From assembly GCA_001643675.2 (NCBI GenBank), contig LSRY02000001.1:744001-808000 (forward strand): a stretch of DNA of 64,000 nucleotides, read 5' to 3'. Shown here piece after piece: positions 38,578-52,400 of this stretch. The DNA comes from Monocercomonoides exilis PA203. Taxonomy: Eukaryota > Protista > Preaxostyla. Position 1 is the first letter of the stretch. Each line of letters opens with the position of its first letter. The translations under genes were made by a program, and so were the position numbers. The notes beneath the pieces were generated by a model. It saw only the letters and a program-made list of their open reading frames with translations, had not been told where the DNA came from and did no database searches.

Positions 38578-38687
38578 AGCACGTTTCCATCATTCTTCTC
38601 CATCACGCTGGATGGATTCAACAACACGATCCTCAACCGTCATGGAGGAAGACTGGAATTCTTTCATCGCATTGAAGTGCCTTTCCG

Positions 38688-40260
38688 TTATCCTTCCTTT
38701 TGCAGCTTCCTATCCCAGCTCCTGTGTGGTATCGACTTCAAAAGTGTGTCCCAGTTCAGGTCTCTCCAGTTCGGCAGGAGTAAGATCACTTGTGCTTTCT
38801 CCCTTTTCGCTTTCTGAATCGTTGATACAATCAGCGGCACAGGAGGGTGAGCCAAAACAACTTCGCCTTTCCATGGAACCATGAGACCATCCTCTGCAAT
38901 CGGACTGTTGATGCCACACCATCTCTCCAACTTGTGATTGTGACTTGCTGCAAACGCATCCAGTGTCGGTGTCCTCTGAGCTATCTTCAGAATCTCCAGC
39001 AGCTCTTCTGCTCGCACTTCGTAATCCCCTGCTCTCTCTAGTCTTGACAGAGCGTCTGCCCTTGTGTTCTTGATGCCTGAAATGTGTGTGGCCCTCATCT
39101 TTATTTGCGTTACTCCTCACATCTCCAAATCTTACTCAGAACGGGTCTCAAATTCATTCCTGCATTCCATTTGTTTATATTGTGGAAAACCGCTGTGTTG
39201 TCCGATCTCAAATGCAGTTGACCGATTCATTTCCTCTGGAGCACTGGGACAAAATGGCCGAGAGCTAACCACACTGCTATTAACTCCCTGTAGTTCGAAG
39301 ACTGTTTCGTAAGTTGCTGTGGAAACCGATTGTGTGCGTCTAAAAGTTGATTGTTGATTGATAGCGTTGCCACCCACGCTGCCTTCGACGCATCTGTTGT
39401 TATCTCTTCCTGCGGTACAAACACTGAAATCAGCTTGCGTTAAGGGCATGATTTCAATATCTTCTTCCATTGCAGAATCTGCTGTATAATGGATGCGTTG
39501 ATTCTCATCTGTCCGCTCCATCCTTGCAATTCCAATCCTTTTTGTTAGAGACTATACATGGATGTGGCCATAGGGAAGCGTCTTGCTGAACGAAACGGTT
39601 TGCGTTGAGTTTTCCAATAAAAGAGGAGAAATCTCTTATTCTCACCTTTTCATCGTCCACTGCTTTCACTTTCCAATTGTCTTCTTCCTTTATCAATGAA
39701 AGTCTTCTGTCTTCCGTCAACTGAACCTCCATCATTTCCGAGTTTCATCTGTATCCGAGGCAAACAAACTCTTTGCTGGAAGATAGGTGGCTTTTTTCCT
39801 TGTTCACTAGCAGCCCAAGCGACTTTTTGAACAGAACTATTTCTTCAGAAATTCTAATTAAATGTGTTAGATCTTGGTGTAATATAAGCTGATTGTCACA
39901 ATACGCAACCAACCGCACATGCCATCTTCTTCTTATTTCTTTTGTCACTTTCCTCATCACATGTGTGAATATTCTGGGTGCAGCAACGAATCCGAAAGGC
40001 ATTCCTTTTAGAACGTCATCTTTTCTCAGAAATCTGAAAGCGAGATTTAATTTCATATTCTTTGAAACTTGGAGAAGGAAATACGCTTGATGAATACCTA
40101 TTGTCACTTCCCATTCTTCTTTCAGTTATATTCACTCCACTGTTCTCTCGTTCTCGCATTTGAAATGCGTTCTGAGGACCGCTGCACTCAAACGACTACA
40201 GTCTAAGATCTGCCTCCATGTTCCGTTTTTCTTCTTGACCAGGAATTCGTTGTTTCTGTG
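38688..40260 (-). pseudogene. DIRS pol: reverse transcriptase, RNase H and adenine-methyltransferase-like domain
   Basis: ORF fragments 39745-40107, 39505-39735, 39227-39424 and 38688-39098. Confidence 0.88.
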
Positions 40261-43200
40261 TTTAACACTTTCATGATTTATCTCCTCAACTATCCAGGTT
40301 CTCGTCTATTCCTCCAACAAATCCCTGAAGGCTCTTCTGTGCTCCTCGCTTGTTCGCTCAGCTCCATCTCTGTACTATATCTTTGAAAGTTTCTCTCTTT
40401 CTCTTCTGTTCTTCCACATCGCTTATCCTCCAATTCAGATCAAATCTCCTCCTCCGATATTTTCCCATGCTTTTTTGAACTGCTCCTTCCTTTTTCCAAT
40501 GATCTGATTTAAATACGACTTAATCTCTGCTGTCTTCATTTACACTTTTTACAACTTAAACATCATCTGATTTGTTCGACTGAACAGAAATGGATTCTAA
40601 AGCTTCTCATTGGAAAGAAAAAGTGTGAACTGGAAAGAAAAAACCTTTGACTTGCTCCTCCTTTTGAATGCGCCTGAACTTTGCCAAATAAACGAAAAGC
40701 CCTTTTATCTTTTTTTCTTCAAATACTTCTTCAAAACTCCTGTGTCTCCTTTTCGCACTGCTGTTTTCTTTATCAGCAGGCTGGGTTGCAAATCCTGCAT
40801 AATGACTTATTAACGGAGTTGAAAGGAGCTGCAGTTGAAATTGGACATTCATCAACCCTTGCATCACACAGGGCAATCATGCTTCTTCGTTCGACAACGA
40901 AAGAAAAGGGAATGTAGAGAACAGCGACTATTGCAACATTGACCCGATCGTTGCGATGACCAATTGATCGTGATCTCAAACAAAAGAGAAAGAATTGAAT
41001 GAATGTTTTTATTGCAAATATCGATGCCAATGCACTTTTATTGAAGAATTAGATTAATTATAAATTGATGAATGCGAACAAGAATAACAACGATACTTAA
41101 GCTGAAACTTTTGTATCAAGCTAAAATAGCCCATTCATCTCTCCACAATCCAACAAGCACATCTTCCTCAATGTTGCTTGTCGATTTTTGTTTTATTCAG
41201 ATTATATTGCACCCACCGCTTTTTCCCCTTTTGTTTCCTTTCTCATTTTCTCTCCATATTCATTTTCATTGTTTTCCTTAGCATTTGCTATCGTCACTTT
41301 CTTCTGATGTAACAAGTTTCATACTTACACAATTGCTATCTTTTTCACATTTCTCTTTTGCATTCTCCTTCACTCATTTCAAACAGAAAATCGAGTAAAG
41401 AAGAAGGAATTAACTTTTTTTCTGTTTTTGTCATCGAGCTTTTTTAATCCGATTCATTCTCGTCTCAAATTTCATTTAACGCATTTTAACCATCAACTTC
41501 TTTCAGTTTTCATTAAACTTCTTCTTCTGTCCAGCTATCATAGTCGTTGTCTGTTCAACTTCCACCTCTGACCCTGCACTCTTCTGCACACAATTCAGTT
41601 GCCTTGCTTCTGTGGGACATTTCTGAGACAGAATTGGTACTCTGTAAATACTGCATTCCGAGCGACGACATGAATCCGATGAACAACGAAAAAGACGATT
41701 TCATTAATTGTTTGATGGGAAGAAAAAGAGAAAGAGTGATCTATGAAAGAGTTGAAAGAGACTGAGACCTTGAAAGAGATCGAGAAAAAGGAACAGAGAA
41801 CTCCATTCCAATTACCATCATCGACAAAAGCATAAAGGACATCGACAATCTGCAGAAAGCGTTCTTCCATACCAGTGCAGCATATGGAATAAGTTTGTAT
41901 TCAGGTTCATTCTTCTCTGTCAAAGGCTCCTCCTCCTACTTTTAGAAGGCAGCGAGCAGCACACTCCCAACTTCCTCATGTTCCGAAAAATCGTATGAAA
42001 TATTTCGCTCATGCTGGTCATTCAGGCGCTGCTGCTTTGCTATTTCTGTCCACCTCTTTACCTATTTGCAGTGCTTCTTCAATGCTGATGCAATGCAATC
42101 TTATGAATCTCTTCTTCTGATTGTCGGGCTACTCTTCACAGAAAGGCAGTTGCGTTCACTTTCTCACTTCAGCCTCCTCAACACACACTCCACCGACTTG
42201 TCCCACAACCCCTCTCTCTATCTCTTCGACATAAAACAAAAAGAGTGAACAAATTTTCTGAACTCGTAAGAAGGAGCCACTACATCGTTCTTCAATCATC
42301 TTTTGACGCTCGATAGATCAACTCCATTACATAACTCTTTCCAACAACTTTATCTTCAGTCAACTCTCTTGCTCCGCTTACGCATTTCGAAGCACTTGCA
42401 TTTTAATCCTCTTCTGTCTTTATCACTGCTAACGATAACACCAATAGCCTCACATCTTGTTAATATTCACTTCAACATAGCTTTCTTGCTCCTTCACATG
42501 ATTCTTTTTTTGCTCATTCATGGAGTTAAAATCACGTCTTCATAAAGAAACATTTCCACTTTTGATTCTGTATGGCATCAATCAGCTGATCATGATTTCC
42601 CAATTCACCTCCGCCTTCTGCCCAGCAGTTATGTCATTTTCTGGAAAAAAGCTCTCTGTAACTGCAGTATCTTCTTCCTCTGCATTTCTTCAGTTCTCTT
42701 CGTTCATTCGACCAGATTTCATTAACACCTCTAAAGCATTGGCTGTCTTCCTCTTTCTTCTCCTCTGCAGTTTCATACCTCAAGCAGTTCATTCTAGCTG
42801 TTTTTGATTCCTTTGCTTCTCTATGGCGCATTCTCAGACTTCTCACGCTTTCATAGCAAAACCCACTGTTCATCATTGAATTTCGCATTTTGCCCTTCGC
42901 GTTTTCATCAATGTTCTTCGTTATGAAAAAGTGAGAATTCTTATTGCATCGGCTTTGCCTCTTCTTTCTCAATCCTGATTCTTTCTCAGACAATGCTGAG
43001 CTTCTTCCAATGTGAGCTTCCTTTACTTCATCAAACGCATCACCTGAAACATCTTCTCTTCAATTGATCGGAAATAATATTCCACTTGATTTGAACACTT
43101 TCAGCAAAGCAACAAAAACGCTTATTTAACTCTCTATTTTTACACCGTGTGATGATGAGAGCAAGAAGTTTGGCGATATTAAAAACTGCTTGTTTGCGAG

Positions 43201-45339
43201 CTTATTATCTTTTTTTGACGAACTTGACAATTGAATGTTGCTTCTGGCATTGTCGGATGAGTAGAACAAACTATTTGACAAATTATTAAACGAGAGGGCG
43301 CAGAGAAAGAATTAAGCTATGAAGAGCATCCTCACTGTTCATGCGCTTCCTATGGCTAGGGAGAAGAAACTGCTTGATTACTTTGAAAGTTTGCACGGAA
43401 TGAGATAGATGAGACGAAGAGCTGGGAATACTGCGGCTTCTCGTTGGAAGCAACTCATTCATCGGCGATTAATTCTTCTTCTTCTTTGTCTTCCTCAACC
43501 ACTTTTGATGATATTTCTATTTTGTCTTCTTGTATCAGCTATTAGATTCATTAATGCAATCTTGTTACCAAAAGACAGAAGAAGATCACTCTTAACTGTT
43601 CTTTTGTCGTTGTGAATATGAATCTTTTCCCACTCAACTTCGTGACTGAAACAAATCTTCAGAAATTTGCAATCGTTTGGCATCGTCTACGTAATAAATC
43701 AGAAGTCCAATAGTTCAAATAGCTAATATCGACATCCGCTCGGGTTTTCAAGGTTTTTCAATTCGAACTACTGCATGTTACTCAAAAAACCACTAATGCA
43801 TTGAATCTGCCACATCTCGCAACTTTAAAAGAGAATAGCATCCATGGCAGCTCAATGAATCACTAAATTACGGTGTGTCTTTTACGATCCCGATTCAGAG
43901 CGAAACACCTCATTCTGAACTTTCTTTGCAAAATTAAATGGCGAATTAACAGCAGTCTGCTCTTCCTCTGCTGCGATTTACGCTTTAAAACGAGTTGTGA
44001 AAAGGATTTGGGAAAGAATGTTTTTGTTGAAGTGGATGATTGAAAAGCATTTATTGCAAAATGGATAGAAGAGATGAAGTCGAAGTTGTTAGCCATTCAA
44101 AGTCTGATTCCTTTTCATTTGTTTACTCGGCTTTGCTGATTCTGTAAACGAACATCGATGAAGAAGATTGATATGAGTCGAGAAAAAAAGATGAAGAAAA
44201 AAACGAATGATGCTTCCCCATCATATGTCTGAATTTTCTTCGTTCCTCCGCAGAAATTTTAATGATGAACTCATCCAGAAATAAGATTCAACACATCACC
44301 AACAAGAAACCTCCAAAACTCCACAAACGCAATTAACATCAATCACATCACTCATTCTACTATCTTCAGAGCTACAGTAGCTTCTCCTTAAAGAAGAGCA
44401 AGAAGCTGGAGATCAGCTGGAGTGGTCATTAGAATATCAGTAAAAATATCCTTTATCTCTTCCAAAGGTATTCGGAGAAAAGCTGTCAAAGCTGCTTTTC
44501 TTCAACGAGGCATAGGAGATGAAGCGGTAGACGGAAGTGAAGTTAAGTTCAAATATCAGCAGCTATTGAAGGATGAAGAAATATCATTGCCGTTCAGGCG
44601 AGTGAACCGCTGTGAAGCCCATGGTCAAAAAAAGATGATGCAGTCCTGGTGGAATATTTGGAATGAAAGCAATTGAAATTCGATAGCTTTGTTTTTCTCC
44701 AGACACGGCTGTTTATGAACTTATTCTTCCTTTGCAGAAGCGTGCAGTACATTCCAATAATAACAATTAATCTCCCATTAATGAGATTAATCATTCGATG
44801 CCTTTTATTGCAGAGAAAAAATCAACGAAAGAAAAAAGATTCGTTTTTATTTTTTATTTCAAATCACTGTTTTTTCAAAAAAAAAAAAAAATTAATTAGG
44901 CATACATTATGATCCATTTATAAAAAGTCTTTCCCATTGAAAAAACTCATAATATTGTGAAATATACATAATTTTTCAAAAAATTATTTTTTTATTATAC
45001 TGTGGAAGCAAAATTATTGATATGTTTTATTAAACAACATCATTCAAAATATTATATGTAAGCATTTAGGAAATAAACAAAAAAAAAGCCAGACAATGCT
45101 CAGCATTGATGAAAACAGGAAGAATTTAAAAACCTCACAACAAAATTTTTTTCCTGTTTGTTGCAAAAAACAAAATGTCAGAATAGAGTTATTCACATGG
45201 TTTGTTCTGTATTGAAACATTGATGTAATTTGATATCTTATTTGTTATTTGATTAAATTCGCAATAGAGCGAATCAACGAATGCAAGGAGCAGATTTGCT
45301 CTTCGATAATGAGTATTATATGTTAATAATGGGTGGTTT

Positions 45340-47421
45340 AAGATCAAACTTCGCTAATACTCACATTTTCTTGAACATCATTGTCAGCAGTAGAAATGAC
45401 ACAAGATTCAGTTTGATTTGTGAACAGCGACAGCGAGGATAAAGGAATTGATTTTGCACATAGGCTTTCAAGAGTGGAAAATATGATCGAAGAAATTGCT
45501 GGAAGCCAAACGTGTCCGAGTAGTTCAGTAGCCATAGGGATGTTACCAATGAAAAAGGAAGAGAGAGAGCTACGAAGGAAAAGATCTCGGCCGAGATCAA
45601 GCGAATCGGAGTTCGAAACAAATTTTTCAGAGATGGTCATGAAGAAGAAACACAGACGGCCGTTGAGGGTCCGCCGTGCACTTAATCAAACGAAGAGATT
45701 GGATGATGAAAAGGACAGCGATAGTGATTTTGAAGGAACAGAAGAACTGGAAGAAGAATGAAGATCACAAAATTTAATATGAATTTTCCAGGATGAATAG
45801 TAGATACTCCGGAGACAGGCAGGTGAGCTGAAGAAGTTCATGGATTTTTGTAAGGCTGGATCAATTAGGATAAATGATGATATCTTAAATACATTCATCC
45901 AGGAAAGTGAAAAGGAGTTTATCACAGTACACATGGATGCAAGCTAATATGCGCAGGACTGGACAGCTATGACAGCGAAGGGGAGAAGAGATTCGCCAGA
46001 AGCTGTACGAATCATTGTATTGCTCCAACCCGCCATTAAATCGGGGTTTGAAGCTGCCAAGGCGATTGCAGCCATCACAGCAAAAGAATTAAGGAAGACG
46101 TGCTTCGAAGAAAAACAGAAGGAGTATCTGAGAGGGCTTTTCTGAGCGTTCGCCCTGATAGCTGACTGTATCAGCAGAATAAATCAACTGAAGGTTACAT
46201 CCAAGTCGAACCGGGAGAGCGCGAAATGGTTTCCTTGAAAGAGGAACGTCCAGAAATGTCCCAGAGAACCTGAGAAAACTAGTAGAGAGCACTAGCTTTT
46301 TTCAAGCAGAGGGAGATGCAGCAGGATACGGTGCATCTCCCGACTCCACAACAGGTTTCGGACCCACAACAGCCAGAGGCGGGATCCCAAGAAGATACAG
46401 TTCGGGAAGAAGCACTCAGGGGTTTGTATACAGACTGCAACAGAGAAGGGGATACGGAAGGAGCTTCACGAATTTCAGAGAAAGGAGGAAGTCAACTAAA
46501 GCTTCACCACTGTATACCCCAGCGTCAGTTGGGAGGCCAGTCCATATCACTGGACCATCACCTCCAGCTCCCCCAAGATCTCAAGGAGGGACAGCAACAG
46601 GAACATCTTTTGGAACGAGCTAATGGACTTAGAAGAAGTGAGGGGGAAGGGAGTCGCGCTATGTCGCGAGACAGAGAGAGAAGAGAGAGCCGCGCTTTGC
46701 AGCGAGAAGATGATAAAACAAGAAATCTCGAGACACAACGAGCTTGGAATATTAGAAGAGATCACAGAAGGAGACTCCGCATATCCCCGCAAGACAAAAC
46801 AGAAGAACGAGCAGAAATCCGAGAAGGAGGAAGAAAATGGAGTCTGGAGAGTTTCTGGGACTGTTATCGAGTACCCAATTGGGAGCGCCCTGGAGGTGAG
46901 TTCGAAGATAGCTATTGCAGATACGCACGCGAAGGGAGGAGAAAGAGGGATCCGAAATGGCCACAAGTCGCCAGAAGTGAAGAGGAGTGTAGCAAGTGGA
47001 CCACTGAGGGAGCCTTTGCCTGGGAGACTAGTGAACAGGCTGAGCGAGTGGAAGAAGATTGTGGGAGACAAACTAGTGAGCCGTGGTATAGGAGCTCGAT
47101 GGAAAAGTCCCCAGTCCCCAATCTCACTCGAGGAGAGAAAACTCAGACAAGAATTTCGTGGAACAACGGAGATGACGAACAATTATTTATCCCTCTTGGA
47201 GGAGGAATTGAAGGACTGAGTGGTGAAGCCCACTCTAGAGTCGGAGGTGAAGAGGTTCAACCCGATATTCATGGTGATAAAGAAAAACGGAAAGTGGAGA
47301 AAGATCTTGGACTGCAGGGCGCTAAACGAGGAAGTGCTGGGAATGCACTTCAAGATGGATTCTCAGGAGACAGTGGTGAAGCTCCTGGAGAAGAACGATT
47401 GGATGACCACTCTGGACATGT
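45340..47421 (+). pseudogene. DIRS element 2, 5' part (gag-like region and RT N-terminus)
   Basis: GRLVNRLSEWKKI, FNPIFMVIKKNGKWRKILDCRALN, HFKMDS, WMTTLD. Cut at 47421. Confidence 0.88.
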
Positions 47422-49499
47422 GTGTGATTTTTTATGGGATCATTAAAATAGTCTCATCAAATTAAAAGTTTTAATAGACTGCTCATTTTTATTTATCTCC
47501 TTTTTAATTCTCGAATAATATAACAGGAACTTCATTTAACGTATTTTTATTGAGCCAACAACATTTTGAATTAACCAAAACAACACCATTATAATATTTG
47601 TTAACAAAAAAGTTTCATCCATATTTCGCCATAGCACAATCGAAATGAAAACCTTGTAAATATCAATTTAAGTTGAATCGACTTATATTTCAACTTATTT
47701 AAAAGTGGTTTGGAATAAATACGTGTTTCATCATTTCCAAATTATGAATGTTTTTCAAAAAGAAATAAGCACGGCCAATGAAAAGAATATCTACAGCCAC
47801 AAGACAGATGGATAACATTGCACATGTGAACACATTCAAACGAACAGGAAACGAAATTCATTCGAATTCTTTAAGAACTTCTAAACCGTGACTTTTTTTT
47901 TTCAGTTTGAAAAAGTGTGCAGAGTTATTGTTTTTGAAAAAACATTGAATGGACACTATTTGTGTCTTTTTTTTTAAGGATCAATTTGTTTATTCATGGA
48001 TAACATCTTGCAATATAAAAAAGACTTTCATTAATTATCAACGGATCAATTTCTCTGGGAAAGACGTTCTCATAAAACAAATCGTAGAAATAAAGCTTAT
48101 CTCAAATATTTGATTGAAAAAGGTTTTTGAAATTTGGATGTTCTATTTCTTTCGATGAAAATCTTATTCTTTGCATTTATGTATTGTTTGTTCTGAAAAA
48201 TAGAAGTGATAATATATCTTTCAATTTGATTAAAATTTCTTGAATTATTTCTATTGTTGTTTGATGTTTATTTTATCTCATCTTCATTTTTTCTAAACAG
48301 AATGGATGATCTTCAAAGCTGATGAATAAATTCATTAATTCACAAGAGAATAATAGAGTTGTTGATTTTTGTCTAAATAAAAACGCAAGAGTCTTTGTTG
48401 CGAGATTTCTGTCAAAAAAAAGAGATGGAACATTTGAATTTTGAGGTGTGCTTTCACAAATTTTTGTTTTGTATCATATCAATTTTTTCAGAAAACTGTT
48501 TCGTATTATGTGTGCTCTGTAAAACATGGAGATGATAAAGAGAAGCAAATGCAAAACAGAAAAGTTTATATGAAAACGCGAACGGAAAAGTCGTTGTGAC
48601 TAAGCGAAGAGGAAAGTGAACAATCGACTGGGATATATGAAGATGACAAAAGCGATAAGAAAATGATAAGTTACTCTGCGCCATTGCAAGACGTTGGTGT
48701 CTGTATCATGAGCGAGCATGGTGCAGCTGAACTCGACAATCACTTTGCTGGGCGGGAAGCATTTGAGCGAAGGGGAGACGATCAGTGCGGGGGAAAAGAA
48801 GATTTCAATTATTTAGAGAGGGAGGACAATGAGTATATTCGGTTAATGTTTTCTGATTTCATCTTCGGTTATTCTGCACAATGAGATATATGCGCAACTT
48901 AGTGTTTGGAAAGTTGGGATCGGTCACAACACAATAAGAAATTCATTGATAAGTGTATTTGTTGCATTGCGGAGAAGCTGGTCACTTTCATTATAAATTT
49001 TGACTCAAAACATCTTAAACATCTGCGAAAGTCAATGGAAAAATACAAGGAGGTGAAAGTTCAGTTAATCTTGAACATTTGTTCAAGGTATAGAAAGAGT
49101 CTTGAACAACAGGATTTGCGAGAATAAAATTTTTTTAATTGTTCATTCATCTCAAAAAATGGTTTTTTAACATTTTTTAAGCAAAAATAACTAGTGCACT
49201 TCATCATCAAACGTTGTTGTGTTGTATTAATTTTTTAACATCTTCATTATTTAAATAAATTGAACATTGCATTTTTCACAAAAAGAAAGGATAACATTGA
49301 ATAGAAATTCAACCAAAAGCAATTCATCTCTTTTTTCTTTAATTACAAGAAAACTGATGCTTCGTGTTTTCCTTTTTTCTATGAGAAACTTTGTCGATGC
49401 ACATATTTAATTAAATATTTGATGGAACAGTTATTTCCCCAAAATTCTTACTCATCCTCAGCAAATGTTGGATAACATTTTTTGCATCCCTTAGAAATA

Positions 49500-52400
49500 G
49501 CGCCTCTTATCCAAGTCTGAAAAAAATAATTCTGGATTATTTAATCAAATGAACGAAGTTGCATTGAACATCACTTAAACAGAATTCCAGCAAGGCATGT
49601 ACAATTGCAATTGCTTATGTTGATGAACATTCAAAGTTATTATTAAAATGCATTGAAAAAGTCACATCTCCAAAAAAGGGCAACTCATTGATAAATAATA
49701 TTCTGAAATTGTTGTGAAACAAATAGAGTGTTGCCATCAGTTAACTTTGAAAGAAAAGTTTTTCTTTCTTGTTAAAGTGCATGCTTCGATTCAGTCACAT
49801 CCAGAGGAACAAGAGAGCGCTAAGGTACGAATCCTACTGCTTATCCGCTGATCAAAGTTCCACTGCGTTCGATATACAAAAAATCCTTCATTCTTTGGAC
49901 ATTCAAAGCTGACCAATATATTTTTTCTGAAGGTTGATATTCCTCAAAAAATCTTTGATGAAATTTACAATTTGCGCAAGTGGATGAATACGAGTTCGAA
50001 TGAAACCAATTTGAAGTTTTTTCATTATTAATAAATGAAAATGATTTCCTTGTTTTTATAATATCGTTAAAGAATAACAGAAGATCTTGCAATGTTGTTA
50101 TTGTTTCTGAAGATATGTTGTTGTTTATTGCATTAACATACACGCCAAACTCACTGTCACACAAATTCTTTCTATGATGCTCAAAAAAGAAGTTGAGCTC
50201 ACAACGTTAATTTTTGAATAACTTTGTTTCGTTTGATAAAATGAAATGCAACACTAACCGATTTCTATTGTGCGATCCAGTATCGCAAAAGAATTTGAAT
50301 GATGTTGCCTTACTGAAATAAAATCTTGTCAATACAGATTCAATGCATTCAGTGACATAGCGATAATCGTTGCTCAGACAATTCGAAAGAAAGTTAAACG
50401 TTTTTTTATTCAGGCCAGATCGGTTCATTTGAAGAGTGATAACTGAAATATGAGAAATCTGCTTGAAATCATAAAATTCTTGCTGCAGTTGATTTCTTCG
50501 AATCGGAAGCTTTCGCTTTTATTTAAAATCAAACAGGCATGTGACCTCATTGTCCGTTAGTATTTGAACTGTATTTCGAAAATGTACTCTCTGCCATTCA
50601 GCCATTTTTTTGTGATGTTTTAGTAAATACAAAGTTTTTGACTGATTTATGTCCAAACATTTTCCTTCTGTCAACGCAGCATTTTTCTTTTCCAACTGTT
50701 CCAATTTTCTGCATAGCCCGCAAAGATCTGTTCTTCGTTTGGCTTTCTGAAATTGCTTAGTCAAGTTGTAAAAATGTGATAATGAAATATTGATACTTGT
50801 TTCCTTTGTGAAGCTTTCCCACAGTATGGTTTTTGGAGCAAATATCGTGCGTTTTTCATTCGGTGAGAATATTGGAAATGGATTGCGATGTGATTTAGAA
50901 AAATAATAAAGCGGTTTCAAAGTTGATTGAAATGAAAATGAAAAACCATATTTTGCTCTCTGAATTGCAACTTTTAATTCAACAAAAGATATTGACGAAC
51001 TTTTCTTCTTCTGGGTGTCACGCTTGTTAGTTCCTCCCTTCCAAATAAAAATGCAAAAATGGTCATCATTTTCTTTCGCTAAGAATGTTAAGGCTGGTAT
51101 ATATCCATTTTTCTCAACGATGAGCCAATTATTGCTTAAGTTTTCGTATGAAATATGAACAACAGAAGAATCGTTGCAAATTATCCAATTCTTTTGACCA
51201 TTGGTATTTTTCCGAACTATTGCTATATAATGACCTGAGTTCATTCATATTTTTTTATACAAAACTTGTCTCACAAGAACATATTCCGTCACAACATCCC
51301 GATCAGAGTTATGCATCATATTATCCAAATAACTGTTTTCCATAAAAAAGTTGAGTTTGTCTTTTTCCGAATTGTATTTGAATATAACAAATTCTGGAGG
51401 AACTGCCATTGTTGGATGAGTGCAAATGAGGGATAATGCCAAAACTTTTGGAAACAGAGTAAATTTGGCCCAACGACTTGATGGACATAAAGAATTACAA
51501 ATAGGACATTGGAACAAATTGTTTTCTGACAAGTTCTCTCTAGCAAGCTCTCTTTTCAAGCCATTCAAGATTGATCCACCGTTGATGAAGAATGTTGAAG
51601 ATCAATTTTCTTGGACTTCACTGATATGATTGCATTTTAAACACTGAGTGAATTGAGATATTTTTGGTTTAAAATGGTTTTCGTCACATAATCTATTGAA
51701 AACCAATAAATTTTCGAATTTTTGAAATGCATCAACTGCATTTTGTTGTTCACGATGACCATAATTGCAGTGTTGATCCCATTTATCAATTGTTTCATGA
51801 TTCCACTGATCAGGAATCGAGTCTTGACCATTTGGATTAAAACATATTCTCGCCAACGAAGATGATAAATCATCCCTTTTGTTTTCATGATATTGAAGTG
51901 GGTTATACTGAATGGAAGATGCGACACATTGAAATATTGAAGCTATGAAACAGGTGTTGCCTAAATTTGGAAGTCCAAAAATGTGGTGGTGGTCGCTGTT
52001 GTTTCCATGGATTTGATTTTCTCTTCTGATGATGAATTCTTCAAATTCTGCATTTTCAAGCAATTCCATTGAGGATAATGAGCGATTGATGTTATCTTTT
52101 GATGAAATAATTGATTTGTTGAAGTCAGTTGGGAAAGATATGGAGGAATATAAAAGTGTTTTTCTGGTTAATATTTCTTGATCGAAGTTGGATCCATCAA
52201 ACAGAAATTGTTGATATTTCTTATAGCAATTGTTGAACACACTTGTTGTTTCTTATTCATAGTCAGTTTCTTGCAGATGGATGTTGTTTGATTCATTTGA
52301 ATTTTGTTCTTTCAATTCACTTGATATAGCCTCTCGGCTCGAATAAACGGGTGTTTTGGTGTTGAAAGAATTTATTGAAAAGTTTTATGAAAATAAATCT

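Larger units (their letters stand above)
36960..40560 (-). mobile_element. DIRS-type tyrosine-recombinase retrotransposon (RT-RNaseH-MT-YR), degenerate
   Basis: RT: WRQILDC, GMPFGFVAAPRIFT, VAYCDN. RNase H: ITTDAS, SSNYRELIAV, ADALSR. MT-like: LDAFAASHN, HPPV. Tyrosine recombinase and terminal repeats at 36964-37301. 5' end not defined. Confidence 0.9.
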
